The notes under the pieces were generated by a model. That model was not told where the DNA came from, ran no database searches, and saw nothing but the letters and a program-made list of their open reading frames with translations. This document shows, one piece after another, positions 20,357 to 31,977 of a stretch of DNA of 40,100 nucleotides. The number at the start of each line of letters is the position of its first letter. Within the stretch, counting starts at the first letter, position 1. The translations under genes were made by a program, and so were the position numbers. The stretch is from Mitosporidium daphniae (lineage: Eukaryota): NCBI RefSeq assembly GCF_000760515.2, contig NW_013546445.1, forward strand, positions 1 to 40,100, written 5' to 3'.

Positions 20357-20965
20357 CTATGTGTGTGACCTATAATAACCGCCAAAGTAATCAATCATTT
20401 GCCTTGTAAATGGGTGGGGAATTTCGCTGATTTTTGGAGACCTCAAGAAAGTCAAGGTTCCCGTTGCCAAATTTGTTTCAATGTAGGGAGGCTGATATGC
20501 CCAGAATCGCATAAACGGGTTTTTCGAATGGATCTCAATAGCTTCCTTTAGAGCCTTTGGCCCAAGCTGCACCATGTCCATATCCTTAAGCTTAAGTGAT
20601 GGGTGGCCAATGATTTTCGCACCATTTACATAGACTTGACCGATCGAAATCAATTTTCGAGCCTCAAAGACAGATGGCGACAGCATGGCTCGGAAAAGCA
20701 CATTATCGACGCGTCGTTCCATTTCGCAAATGGTTCTATAAATATTTCTAAAGTTTTCGCCGTTGAATTCGCGTCGATACATGCGATGAGTAACGTCCCC
20801 ATTAAAAAAGAGACGACAAAGCGTTTTCGATTTCCATTCCGCCGCAAAAACGTCAAGCTGGTGGTCCTTCAGTGGCGTGAATCTCATTAAATTGAATACA
20901 TTTGCCGGGTTCCAAGACAGTTTTGGTTGCACCCTTAACAGGCAATACCGAAATGAGCGCCTCAT
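20357..20965 (-). CDS. NAM9: Mitochondrial ribosomal protein uS4m (Nam9-like)
   Basis: KLSWNPANVFNL, EWKSK, S4 domain MERRVDNVLFRAMLSPSVFEARKLI..GQVYVNG, PPYIETN..T...LRSP...EIPHPF. First ATG at 20965. Confidence 0.85.
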   Translation of the reverse strand: MRRSFRYCLLRVQPKLSWNPANVFNLMRFTPLKDHQLDVFAAEWKSKTLCRLFFNGDVTHRMYRREFNGENFRNIYRTICEMERRVDNVLFRAMLSPSVFEARKLISIGQVYVNGAKIIGHPSLKLKDMDMVQLGPKALKEAIEIHSKNPFMRFWAYQPPYIETNLATGTLTFLRSPKISEIPHPFTRQMIDYFGGYYRSHT

Positions 20966-20985
20966 CGATGGCAAGGGTTTAAATT

Positions 20986-21366
20986 TTAAATTTTATTTGC
21001 CGATGCGTTTTGGTCGCCATTGTTGTTATTCATATGCATGGAGCCTCTGGCTTTAAAGGCAAAGCAGGCCCGGCCATCTATTTCATGCCTATTTGACGGG
21101 AGCATGGTCATGTTAGCAGACGATTCATTCTCAAAAGTTACGAATCCAAAGCCTCGAGAATGTCCGCTTAGAATGTCCATTGAGATTTGCGCTCTAACAA
21201 CGGGCCCAAACCGGCTGAAATATTGTGCCAATGAATTCTGTGATGTTGAAAAAGAAAGCCCTCGGACAAATATTTTATTGTTTTTAATGGGCTCTTGCAC
21301 TGTGTTCATGCCATACTTGCTTTCAGAGAAGAATCTCTTCAATACGAGATTGCAACGGTGGTTCAT
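20986..21366 (-). CDS. Small single-RRM protein with presequence-like N-terminus
   Basis: RNP2 IFVRGL, RNP1 RGFGFVTF, HEIDGR. N-terminus MNHRCNLVLKRFFS. Confidence 0.85.
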   Translation of the reverse strand: MNHRCNLVLKRFFSESKYGMNTVQEPIKNNKIFVRGLSFSTSQNSLAQYFSRFGPVVRAQISMDILSGHSRGFGFVTFENESSANMTMLPSNRHEIDGRACFAFKARGSMHMNNNNGDQNASANKI

Positions 21367-21401
21367 AAATTTTTAAAAATTGAAATGCTTTTATTTTTTA
21401 A

Positions 21402-22255
21402 ATGCCCAATCCCGTTCAACAAAGGATGGAAGACATGATTCCAGAGCTTGATGCATATCACAAACAGGATATATTTTCAGAGGACGAGATTTTCCAAATA
21501 GTCGAGAACCGTCAGAGATTAGAGAATCGGCTAAATAGGCGCATATCTAAGCTTGAAGATTATCTTCGCTTAGCAAAGTACGAACTTGGCTTGGAACACA
21601 CCCGTAGATCTAGGATGGCGGAAAAAAAGATCCAATCCCCTTATTTACGACCAACGCCCCCAACAAGTACTGCATTATTTCAATATTTTTAGAAAGAAAA
21701 AGGAAAAACATCAGTTGCGATTATGCCATAACACGTCGCATCCATTCAATTTTCCGCGCAGCATTACGGAAGCATTATGGGGATATTTCGCTGTGGCTTA
21801 CCTATTTTGACGTTGCCACCTTTCTTGGTTCGAAGAAAGTTGTGTCCCAAATATACGGAACTGCACTTCAGAAGCATCCTACTCAAGTCGGCTTTTGGAT
21901 AATGGCGGCCTCCTTCGAAGCAAACGAATGTCACACTCCAATGAGTGCACGGGTTATTTTCCAAAGAGGAATTCGTGTAAATCCCGACTCCCTGGCGCTT
22001 TGGCTCGAGTTTTTCAGATTTGAGGCCATTTTTGCTGTCTTGAGACGGCTATCTGAATCGACCACCAGCGGTGACGAAAATCTCTCCAGTATTGCTAATG
22101 GGGCTCTTGCATTGGCAGTCTTTGACAGTAAAAAGAGCGTTTCAAAACCTGCATTTGTTCAAGCTTGCCTCGAGATATACAGGAAAATATTGTGCCAATT
22201 TTCCGATATGTCCTTGCCTCTGTTAGAGGCTGCCTTTTCCGAACAGTCTAAGTAA
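21402..22255 (+). CDS. UTP6: U3 snoRNA-associated protein 6 (short form)
   Basis: Intron 21667-21692. VQQRMEDMIPEL...IFSEDEI..IVENRQRLE; HAT repeats (ALQKHP..VGFWIMAASFE, ARVIFQRGIRVNPDS..LWLEFFRFE). Confidence 0.88.
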
Positions 22256-22448
22256 TTAAAAAATAATTTATCGTGCAAAGACAATTGCCCTCTTTCGTAA
22301 ATGAAAGCATTCCGCTTTAATGTTTTGGTGTCCATTTTGAGCCCGTTTGGTGTCCATTTATTGCCGCTGCTGTTATTGAAAGTGCTTCAAGTTGAAAAAA
22401 TTTAAGGGCACGCTTGCTGTCAATGATGCAGGCGTTGAAGCCGAAAAT

Positions 22449-23022
22449 TTATTCAAAATTTTTCTCGTCTATTGTAAAGGACTGTCCACAGCCACAAGTC
22501 TCCTTTACATTGGGGTTTGCAAATAGAAATTGAGATGAAAGCTTGTCTTCGACCCATTCAACTTCAGACCCAATGATAGAAATCAGGGCGCGTGGTTCGA
22601 TGGCTATTTTAATTCCATCTTGTTCTATTATTTCTGTTCCCTTTGACTCTGAGGCGATGTCAAATATCCATGACAAATTATAGGAATTACCTGAACACCC
22701 TTTGGATCGGATCCCGATTTTTAAAATAGGGGGCTTTCCGTCATCAAATTGTGTCTGAAGCTCCCTTATCCTAGCGACGGCGCTTGGTTTCTAAAATGTA
22801 AGTCATCACGATCGTTACAAGGGTAAGCAACTTCGCCTGCCGAGGTCTTCTTAACATTGGCCGTATAATGGGCGAAGCGGATGTTCCTGTACATGTTGTT
22901 GTTGTTGAATTGAAGCGTAGACCTCTGTTTAAATAGGTGCTTGCACGCGCTTGACATCGAATGTGCGCGTGAAAAGTTCTACATTTGGAAAGGAAAATGA
23001 CATAGGAACGCCAATTAAACAT
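22449..23022 (-). CDS. ISA1: Mitochondrial A-type Fe-S assembly protein Isa1/IscA
   Basis: Intron 22791-22818. Presequence; LTL|KPSAVARI; KGCSGNSY; IIGSEVEWVEDKLSSQFLFANPNVKETCGCGQSF. Confidence 0.92.
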
Positions 23023-23206
23023 TTTGGCAATCTAAAATTACGCCCAAAGTTTGTATGTCACTTTAATTTTAGTAAAAGAAAACTGCCAATCTTTAAAAAC
23101 AGCATTCATTGCCGTAACAATGGAATGGTGGTTGGTATCTAACATTTATAATCTTTAATTTCCTCGTGCTGTCCCTGCTCGGCAAAATAAATAATGTAAC
23201 TGGTTT

Positions 23207-24824
23207 TCAGCTTTCCATCCTGAAGAGATGGACTTTTCCGTTCTTGCTGGCGGCAGCAAGAAGACATGTCTCTGCAAATGGAGACCACCTTACACTTGTA
23301 ACGGCTCCAAGTGCAGGCATCATAGATGGTGAGGGCCATCCCTGCAATGTTTTGGCAGATATACTTCCCGAGGCTCCGTGTAAAATACTCGAAATTCGAG
23401 CAGAGCCCTTTTCATGGGAAGAGGAAAAGGAAAGATGCTCGTTTTCATCATAAGACCATGATATGGAATCAATGGGTGTCCTCAGCGATTCGATTTCCTT
23501 TAAAATAGAAGGTTTTGACTTGTAAAGCGGATTTCCGCCATCCATTCCTTTGGCCCCCAAAATCGAGGTTATACCGCTATCGGTTCCCACGGCAATATTC
23601 GCACCAGAAGGGGAGATGCACAACGAAGTGCCCTTCAGGCCAGAAGAATGTAAGGGTATTCTATTGATGCAATTGCCACGCCCCGATGAGAGGGACTCTG
23701 AACATATTGCTCGCAAATCCCACTGTGACAAAGTACTTCCTGTCTTGTTTCCTTCTAAAGTCCATAGGGTGGGATGTGGGGAAATGGGGTCCCATTCGAC
23801 CGCCACAACACCAGAATCGTCTCCGGTCTTGATCCGTGTGACCAAAGATAGGGAGGTCGAATCCATTATTGCAACATAGCCATTACCTTCACCAATGGCA
23901 ATGAAATTTTTGGAAATTGAAACCACAGTTCCAATCATGGATGGATCATCCCCTTTAAAGATGCCAGCGTGTCTTCCAAAAGAAGAATGCGGAATTGCTG
24001 TTTGAGATTCAAGATCCACAATGTAAAAATGGCGCTTCATACCACTTACGAAGGCGGAACTGCAAGAGGGCATCCATTTAACGCATTTAATTGGGAACGC
24101 TTGTAGCTCGATTTCGCTTCCCAACAATTGTGGCTTCATTGTAGACGAGATTTTACTATCAAAATCTTCTTCCTCGGAAAAAGACGCATTGGATAATGAA
24201 AAAAGCCTTATCGTTTTATCCTTGTCACCACCTGTGAGGATAGAAGCGCCGGTTATTGGATTCCAATCAATGCTCAAGGTAGATGTCTAAGGTAAAAAAT
24301 CAAACTCCTACACTTGGGTTTACAACACACTGTGTAATGTTACCACAATACTTGATGTTACTGATGTTGGTTGAGTTCTTCACCGGCATTTTTGGTGAAG
24401 ACATCTTTGCATTCCCCTTTTTCTTTGAAAGAAACGCATGAATGCAATCAAGCTCGCCATCCTCGTCGTCAGACAATTGAGAGGCTCCTTCAAAAATATT
24501 CGTATCCGCAAAAGTGGGCTTGACCCATTTAGGCTTTGGATTGATTTTCTCGAATTGGTCTCGTAGCCGAGATTGATACTTGGATCCATCTATCGAACCA
24601 GACATCATAGGATTTTCATCCGCTTCCAGATCCTCTGGCCTACGAAGCTTTTTCAATTGGGCTTGCGAATTGAGATTTACAGAAATCGAATCGTCATCTG
24701 AATCATGCCAGGCAACCTCTGAGCTGTTGGGGCTCTTTTTGATTGCAGCCTTTGAATCCAAAGCGGCCGTATCCCGAGTTTGAAGATGTTCATTACTTGG
24801 ACGTTTATCTATGACAAAGCTCAT
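23207..24824 (-). CDS. UTP18: U3 snoRNA-associated WD40 protein Utp18
   Basis: Intron 24287-24311. AWHDSDDD.ISVNL...LKKLR...GSKYQSRLRDQFEKINPKPKW; WD repeats; AVGTDSG; GWPS...LGAVT..NGKVHLFR. Confidence 0.88.
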
Positions 24825-24867
24825 AAAAGAATAAAGAAAAAATTTCACTTTAAACTTTAAATTTTTA

Positions 24868-26111
24868 TTATTTTGACACCAATTCATTTAAAGACGTTTC
24901 AGCATGTTGAAGCCACGTAGAAAATCGCATGGAAAGCTGCTTGCAGTTGGAAATGGTCAAAGATCGTGGATGAACCCATGAATATTTGAATATATGAGTT
25001 GTCTCATCGATAAACCCCTTTGCCAGCTTTTGCGATATCAGCTTCATTAATGCAAACTCGACCTTGTCTTCAGGGATGTTGGCGCTTTCAGCGATTTCTT
25101 TAAATGAAACATCACGGGAGCCCCCTGAAAGTGAGCGTTGGAAAAGCAGATTGGTAATGGACATGAGAGAGATTTTCTCCAGTACAACGGAAACCTCGGA
25201 GGCTGAAATGATTGCCTCCTAAATGGTAAGCTAAACCCGAAAAACAATACCTTCAAATGTTCTAAAAGCGAAATTGAAGCTGATGCCTGTCCGTATTCCA
25301 TGTTTTCAACCAACAAGCCGATATTTGAAACGGAGGGAGAATTTTTTGTTGCCTTCAACGCGGGAAACGCCCTTGAATTTATCTATCAATAAAGCAAAGG
25401 CGCTTACAAAATCGCCAAAAAAATAAATGTTTGGACCCGTCAAGGCGGCAATTCCTATTGCCGTAGCCCATGAAAGTTTGTCGTCATCAGATAAGTTACA
25501 AAGATCTACACAGTCCAAGTATTTGATGGCATTCAGATAAAAGGAGTCCCTATCATTTGAAAGCTAAAGGTTGACCAAAACGACACTACCTTGGCAATAT
25601 TGGTGACAAGCAGCCAATGGCTGGCAAATATGGCCTTATCAATGCAAGGGGTATTCTCAATAAACTTTGCGGAGTCCTTGGAATTTTGAACAGCCTCTTT
25701 AATGGCATCCGCCCTTTTGGAGTCCAGCAACTTTAAGGACAATTGTGTGAGCAGTAAGGAATGTGCAGCAGGGTCTGAAAGGACCTCTTTATGCTCCTTG
25801 AGCTTTAAAAGGAAAGCCTCCGCCTCTGACGCCGCAAGAGTATCAACGGTTAACACGGCTAGCTTGATAAGGGCTACCGGCTGGATGAAAGTAGCGATGG
25901 TTTGCACGACTTGCGTAAACAGGCGAAAACGGAGCTTGGCGGTTTGTGGGGAAGAGAAAAACGCCAATAGCCGCAGTGTAAGTGGATGCCATAGCTTATG
26001 ATCATATAGGCTTTGAATGTCCCTTAAAAGCTCGATATTGTCTTGCGATAGTTCGGCTGATTTTGAAATGGACGACAGAAATGATGATGCGCCAGATAGA
26101 TCAATATCCAT
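24868..26111 (-). CDS. RPN9: 26S proteasome lid subunit Rpn9/PSMD13
   Basis: Introns 25564-25589, 25383-25407, 25219-25250. LYDHKLWHPLT, AALTGPNIYFFGDF, PCI domain EKISLMSI...VSFKEIA...VEFALMK...GFIDE...WVHPRSL. Confidence 0.92.
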
Positions 26112-26153
26112 TTTAAAATTAAATTGGGCTATAAAGCTTGCTTTTTATTTTTA

Positions 26154-26837
26154 ATGTCCCTGTTTACGTTTGGCAGCGAAGCCTCGATGCCTGGCAAGGA
26201 AGCACTATCCGATGCGTACGCCTTTCAATTTGCCAGAAATCAGGAGCCCAGTAAGACAGAAAGCCCCATGCCAAAGGACCAGATTTTTACAATCAAAGAC
26301 ATGATGGATAGCCTTGGAATGGCACCTACAAAGGCCATAGCCAAATCAGACTCGGCGCTTGAATACTTGTTTGAGGACGACGAAAAGTCAAACGCTCCTC
26401 GCCAATCGTTTGGGTCCAGATTGGCTTACGGAACGGGCATCACATACTTTTCCGGCCTGATGTTTGGCGGCCTTTGGGGGTTTTCGGAAGGGTTTTTGCT
26501 CCCAGGCAAGCACTCCACCAAAATGCGCTGGAATATGATTCTAAATTCTTGTACACGTAGAGGCCCCTTTTTGGCAAACAATCTTGGCCTTATAGCTCTT
26601 TTTTACAATGGATTCCATGGCGGCTTGTTGAAGGCGTTAGACCAAGATTCCAATGTTTTAACAACGGCAGGCTGCGCATCGCTTGCTGGGGCCATTGTAA
26701 GATCGCCTGCTGGCGCAAAACCAGCATTGGTTGCCGGCGTTGTGACAGGCTCCGTGATGGCGTTGTTTGATATTACTAGAAATTTCTCTTACTATTCGGA
26801 GGCTCTCAATGAGATCTTTTCAAATAAAGCCACATAA
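26154..26837 (+). CDS. TIM23: Mitochondrial inner-membrane translocase Tim23
   Basis: LAYGTGITYFSGLMFGGLWG...KMRWNMILNSCTRRGPFLANNLGLIALFYN. ATG 26154. Confidence 0.92.
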   Translation: MSLFTFGSEASMPGKEALSDAYAFQFARNQEPSKTESPMPKDQIFTIKDMMDSLGMAPTKAIAKSDSALEYLFEDDEKSNAPRQSFGSRLAYGTGITYFSGLMFGGLWGFSEGFLLPGKHSTKMRWNMILNSCTRRGPFLANNLGLIALFYNGFHGGLLKALDQDSNVLTTAGCASLAGAIVRSPAGAKPALVAGVVTGSVMALFDITRNFSYYSEALNEIFSNKAT

Positions 26838-26838
26838 T

Positions 26839-29449
26839 TTAATTTGATTGGTTTGATTTACACAGGTTGGTTGCCTCCCCTAAATGGTGTACAAGCTTGT
26901 CTCGAATCTCCTGTAAACCCTGCAGCAAATTCTGCCGGCTCAAGGCGAGCCGAAGATCCACAAGTCTATTAAAAATGCCGGATGTCAAAAACAGCTGCTT
27001 CATTTCACTGCATGGCACGATATATGTTTTTAAAATGCAATTTAGCGCTTTACAACAAGATAATTGCACCTTGAGGTTCTGGCAATTGATGATGTTGCTG
27101 ACCAGCCCACTATATATGTCGTTGAGGATGTTTCCGGGGCAAAGGATTTCACAAAAGTTTGCTTTAGTGATGAAATGAACTAGCTTTTCGTTGAGGAAAA
27201 AAATTTCAACGGCATGGGCAGAATTCCATCTAACTTTGTGTTCGCCCACTGAAATGGACTCTTTGAGGATTCTAAGCGCATGGAGGATATTGATCTCAGC
27301 ACATGGATCTGTAAGACCCGGGTCTAATATGGAAAACAAGAGACCAATCGCCCTGATAGAATGGGACTTTACAGATGGAAATACCAGCAAGGCCTTGAAA
27401 ATAATCTGAAAGTAAAAATCCACTTGGTCGCTTGAAAATGCAGTAGGCGATGTGGAGCCGGTTAAATTAGAAATTGAACACGTGAATAGCTCCAATGCTT
27501 TGATACCAAGTTTGACAAAACATGGCGAGCAACGAAAATCGACCAGCCGCTTTTCAAAGGCCTGGATAAACTCAATGCTAAAGCCATGATCGTAAAGAAA
27601 AGGGATGTGTTTTAGAAAAATACAAAGTATGTCAAAATATTTGGTAGAAACCTCTGGATCACATGTAAACATCATATCGCCACTGAAGACAGAAAGGGTA
27701 TTAAGCTTTAATAGCCCCATGCGCTTTGAGATGGTTGCGTTAGATGCAAACAAAGAGCCAAAATCGATGCTGGGATTTAGGTCCAAAAAGGATTTCAACA
27801 TGTTCATCGACTCCAGCCATGCCGTTTCATCACAAACCTCAAAGGCTTTCGCAACTAAAAAATGCACAGAGTTGATGACATCACATACCAATTGAGCTTG
27901 AGAAGATTTTATAAATGCAATGAATAGTTTCGATGTGAACGTTCTTGACATGATTAGTGTGGACATATATACGGAGGATTTCTCAGAACAAATTATTTCA
28001 AGTAGCCTTGTAAGGAACAATTCAAACTTTCCAGCAAACAAAGAAAGTTCAACACCGCTCAAGTGTGGCAGCAGAGAGTCAAAAACAGCAAAGACTTGAA
28101 GCAGAAAATCGGTATAGCCCTTTTCGTGGCCAGTAAAAAAACACGCTTCATCAACAATGAAAAGACCTAACAGGCTACTATAGTGGGCCATGCTTTTTTC
28201 TATTGGGAATTCGCTCAGAATAGCCACAAGGTAATGCAAAAGTTGGTATTTGGAAGAAAGCTTGTATTTACCTTGATGAGCACATAGTATATTGATCAAA
28301 AGGTGAACAGAATGGTCGTTTTTCAATATCAACGGCTTGAATGCTGAAAAAAAGGTGGCCAAAATATCGACAGCAAGCGCACATATGGGCTCAGGAGAAC
28401 CCTTGACGATTCGAAACAAAAAATTGAACAAGTCAAAGCAAAATCTTTCAAACGACACGCTGATTGAAATAAACGATAAAATGCGCCCAGAGGGCCGCCT
28501 AGACATGCCATTGGCCTGGAAAATATGTAGAAACCTGGAGTTTGCCTTCAAAATGAAAAATATATTTTCAAGAATAAGAGACTGAACTAGCATGTGGCCC
28601 TCAAATCTAGAGGCGCGCTGATCAATGCCATCGGAGCCGGCCTTGATCGACGAATATTCGACATATACGCTTAGCAAGGATCCGTCAAGCTTTTTCAGTA
28701 GAAACAGATTTAAAGCGACTTGGGCAAGTTTTGGGTCATTGTACAAAAAAGTGCTCTTAATTAGCGATTTTAAAAGCCTCAGGGCATTTCTAATCAAATA
28801 ATCTCGCAGGGTAAAGGAAACATCTGAAGCAACCTCAGTTTCAGAATAGAAAAGCTCCTCCGAATGGGAGTCCACATTGAATATGCAGTCGCTTAACCTC
28901 TCCAATAGATTTTGACATTCCGTCTTGGATACAAGCGACTGCCAGTCAAAAGCCCCGCCCAACGAAAGATGGATCTGATTGAACGAAAAAGCAAGGGACC
29001 TGAAAAGATTGCTCAGTATCTAAAATTTAAAGGCCCGTGCATACCTTAGCAATGGCTATGGTGGATGGCTTTGGGAGCCTACATAGTAAATCCAACTGTT
29101 TGCGAATGCAAACTGAAAAAAAATCGACAGAAAAGACTTTCGAGTCTTCCGATAGGGATGATCTTATAGCCAACTGTGCTATTATTCTTGAACCTGTTTT
29201 AACCAACGCACAACTGTTGGCATCTGATTGGTCAAAGCACTGGAAAAGATGCAAATCAATGTAATCGACCAAGGCATACTCCATTGCCTGCAAAACGTAA
29301 GAAAGAAAGCTTACTTGGAACGCCGTTTTATTTCGAAAGTCAATATGTAAGCCCAACAAATACGAGCAAAATCTTTCATCAGTTATGGGCGATTTGGAGT
29401 TAAAGAGAACAAGTAAGGCTTGAAAAAGATCATGCCCATTTTGTACCAT
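26839..29449 (-). CDS. HEAT-repeat protein, HEATR6-like
   Basis: A 25-nt intron (29020-29044) joins the two ORFs (861 aa). C-terminal HSIRAIG...KVRWNSAHA...NLKVQLSCCKAL resembles HEATR6 (KVRWNAC.A..N.KVR..A..AL). Confidence 0.65.
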
Positions 29450-29470
29450 AAATTAAATTTAAACTTTTGG

Positions 29471-30962
29471 CTATTTATTTCCGAACGCCGAAATTCCAGT
29501 GATTCCCTTTCCCAGTATCAAGGCGTGAATGTCACTTGTGCCTAAGACGTGTTTAGATACTACACCAAATACCCTCATATGTGTTGACGCCTTCAAGGTT
29601 CAAAACATGTCTAATTATGTGATATTCGTCACAGATCCCATTTCCGCCAAGCATGTCTCTGCAATCTCTGGCGATTTTCAGAGCCTTGTGGCAGGAATTT
29701 CTTTTCACCAATGATATTAATTCTGGAGGGCAGGTGTCGTTGTCTTTCAATTTTCCAACCTGAGCGCAAGCATTTAGACCAAGGGATATCTAAATGGGTA
29801 AAGCCATGCAAACCTCTGTGACCGCATCGGCAAGCTTTTTCTGAATTAGCTGGAATGATGCAAGAGGCTTCCCAAATTGTGAACTGGCGGAAATTATGGA
29901 AACAACATCGTACCGCTCGATAACATAATTTCTGGCCCTATGTAGACAATCTTCTGCCGCCCCTAACGCACCCCAGGAAATCCCATATCTGGCATTATTC
30001 AAACATTGAAAAGGGCCCTAGAATCAAAATCCGCCGTCTCTCTACCTGCAATCCTTTTGCTTTTGGAAGGATATTTTCCATGGGAACACAAACTTCGTCC
30101 ATTAAAATCGATCCGGTGATCGAGGCACGAAGCGAAAATTTCCCCTCTATCTTGGGAAATGAAAGTCCCTTCATTCCCTGGCCCCTTAATAGATATGGCA
30201 TACCTTTTCTAAAATGAATCCTCTAACGGCATTCTTTTCCTGAGGAACCTTTGCCCATACAACTGCCAAATCAGCAATTGGCGAATTTGTGATCCTCAAG
30301 TAAACATTGAATTGGTACCATTGTTTAGACCCCTGTAGAACATAGTGGTCTTCTTTGAAGGTTGCCGTGCACTCCATGCTTGACGGATCGCTTCCGTGAT
30401 TTGGCTCAGTTAATCCAAAGCAGCCAATAAGTTCGCCGGTAGCTGTAGATTAGCCTAGTGAACTTACCCAATTTTCTCAAATACTTTTCTTTTTGTAGAT
30501 CGCTGCCAAACTTCCAAATCGGAAACATGACTAGGGACGATTGGACACTCATCGCTGAACGATATCCAGAATCAATTCTTTCCACTTCCCTGGCAATAAG
30601 TCCATATGCAATGCTGGAAACACCTGGACATCCATAGTCATTGATGGTTGAGCCAAGAAATCCAAGCTCACCCATCTTCCTTAAAATTATCGGGTCGAAC
30701 GCTAAACATTCAAAAATTGAGTGTTACCTTCATTTCTAAAGTCATCCTTTACCCTTGGCAAAAGATAGCTTTTGCAAAACTGCGCTGCTTGGTTTCTACC
30801 GTCAATTTATTAAAAATGCCTAATGGTGATTTCTTCTTCCGTTAAAAGCAAAGTTAAAGCGAGAGGATCTTCCCAAGAAAACGAGGTCGAAGGGATCCTA
30901 GACGTATAAAACCGTCTAAAGGGCAAGAAAAGCGTCGATATGTTTATCGACATTAATTGCAT
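29471..30962 (-). CDS. GCDH: Glutaryl-CoA dehydrogenase, mitochondrial (9 introns; start could be 30953)
   Basis: [117 protein letters not shown]. Introns are 24-31 nt; the first (30796-30819) is GC-AG. Confidence 0.95.
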
Positions 30963-31046
30963 TCAAAGTCCAATTTGTTAAATGGTGATTCAATGTGTAC
31001 ATTGCACATCATGAAAAATAATTTCATTAAAATTGAAAAAACAAAA

Positions 31047-31119
31047 TGGAGAATCGGGGTATCGATCCCCGTGCCTCTCGCATGCTAAGCGAGCGCTCTA
31101 CCATTTGAGCTAATCCCCC
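31047..31119 (-). tRNA. tRNA-Ala(AGC)
   Basis: GGGGGATTAGCTCAAATGGTAGAGCGCTCGCTT-AGC-ATGCGAGAGGCACGGGGATCGATACCCCGATTCTCCA. G3:U70 identity pair. Confidence 0.95.
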
Positions 31120-31197
31120 ACGACAAGAACGAAACTATTTTTAAATATAAATATTTAGCTTGGGGGTTTTAAACCGTTTTTGAATTACCGTTATCTA

Positions 31198-31661
31198 ATG
31201 ATTTCGATTGAAGAAAGATTGAAAAATCTTTTAAAGCATAAAAAGATTTCTGAAAGGTTGCCCCTCCAATGATTTGATATTTAGAATCCACAAAGAATTG
31301 CGATACTACCTTGATGAAGAGGTTATGATTTCCGACAAGATAGATAAGCTATTTGCTATCGACAAGGATGATTATGATATCAAAAAACAGGTATTTATAT
31401 CCTTTAAGGTCTTTTTAGAAAGAATGCCTCGCTGAAACTCGCCAAATGATTTATGATTCCAAAGCTAGATTATCCATAGCCATCAAGAACCTCAAAAATT
31501 TGACGGTAATCCTGTCAATTTCAATTTAGGCGTACGAGCAAGAGTGTAGCGATGTTGCTATTATTGACTCTGACATTTTCAAGTCTGCCCTAAGTGTCAT
31601 TCAGATGGCCCCCATTTTGCAAGATGACGACGAAAATAACTCTGTTTTATTAGTGCTATAA
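31198..31661 (+). CDS. TBCA: Tubulin-binding cofactor A (Rbl2); absent from the ORF track
   Basis: Introns 31257-31284, 31391-31418, 31506-31529 give 127 aa. ERIHKELRYYLDE...DDYDIKKQKECLAETRQMIYDSKARL matches TBCA (RL.KE...Y..E...YDIKKQ...L.E...MIPD...RL). Confidence 0.88.
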
Positions 31662-31668
31662 AATATTA

Positions 31669-31977
31669 CTATTTATTTTTTTCTAAAACATATTGCTGTA
31701 AACGGGATAGAATATTAGAATGCAACCAGGCTTTTGGAATGGTCTCCATGACCCTGTCTCGCTCGCCAGCCGATGCTAGCCGTCGACAAGTGATCCACTT
31801 AAATATGTCGATATCGTTGACTTCATTGAGGAGCTTTTCGTATTCAAGCAATGAAGCCAATGGAAGTTTGTGCAAAGAATCCCTTGCAAAAGCTCCCAAT
31901 AAAATGTCGTTTTCAAGAATGCCACATTTAGACGATCGGTAAATCAATTTCTTCAAAAGTTGATTTGAAGCCAGCAT
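31669..31977 (-). CDS. SDH5: Succinate dehydrogenase assembly factor 2 (Sdh5/SdhE)
   Basis: KKLIYRSSKCGILENDILLGAFA...L.EYEKLLNE.ND.DIFKWIT. Confidence 0.9.
   Translation of the reverse strand: MLASNQLLKKLIYRSSKCGILENDILLGAFARDSLHKLPLASLLEYEKLLNEVNDIDIFKWITCRRLASAGERDRVMETIPKAWLHSNILSRLQQYVLEKNK

Noticed and set aside
9933..30675. Apparent frameshifts, pseudogenes or stop-codon reassignment in BCKDH, UBP8, RPN9, GCDH and others
   Set aside because: Every break is explained by a 23-37-nt intron that restores frame and motifs. TAA, TAG and TGA all end genes normally.
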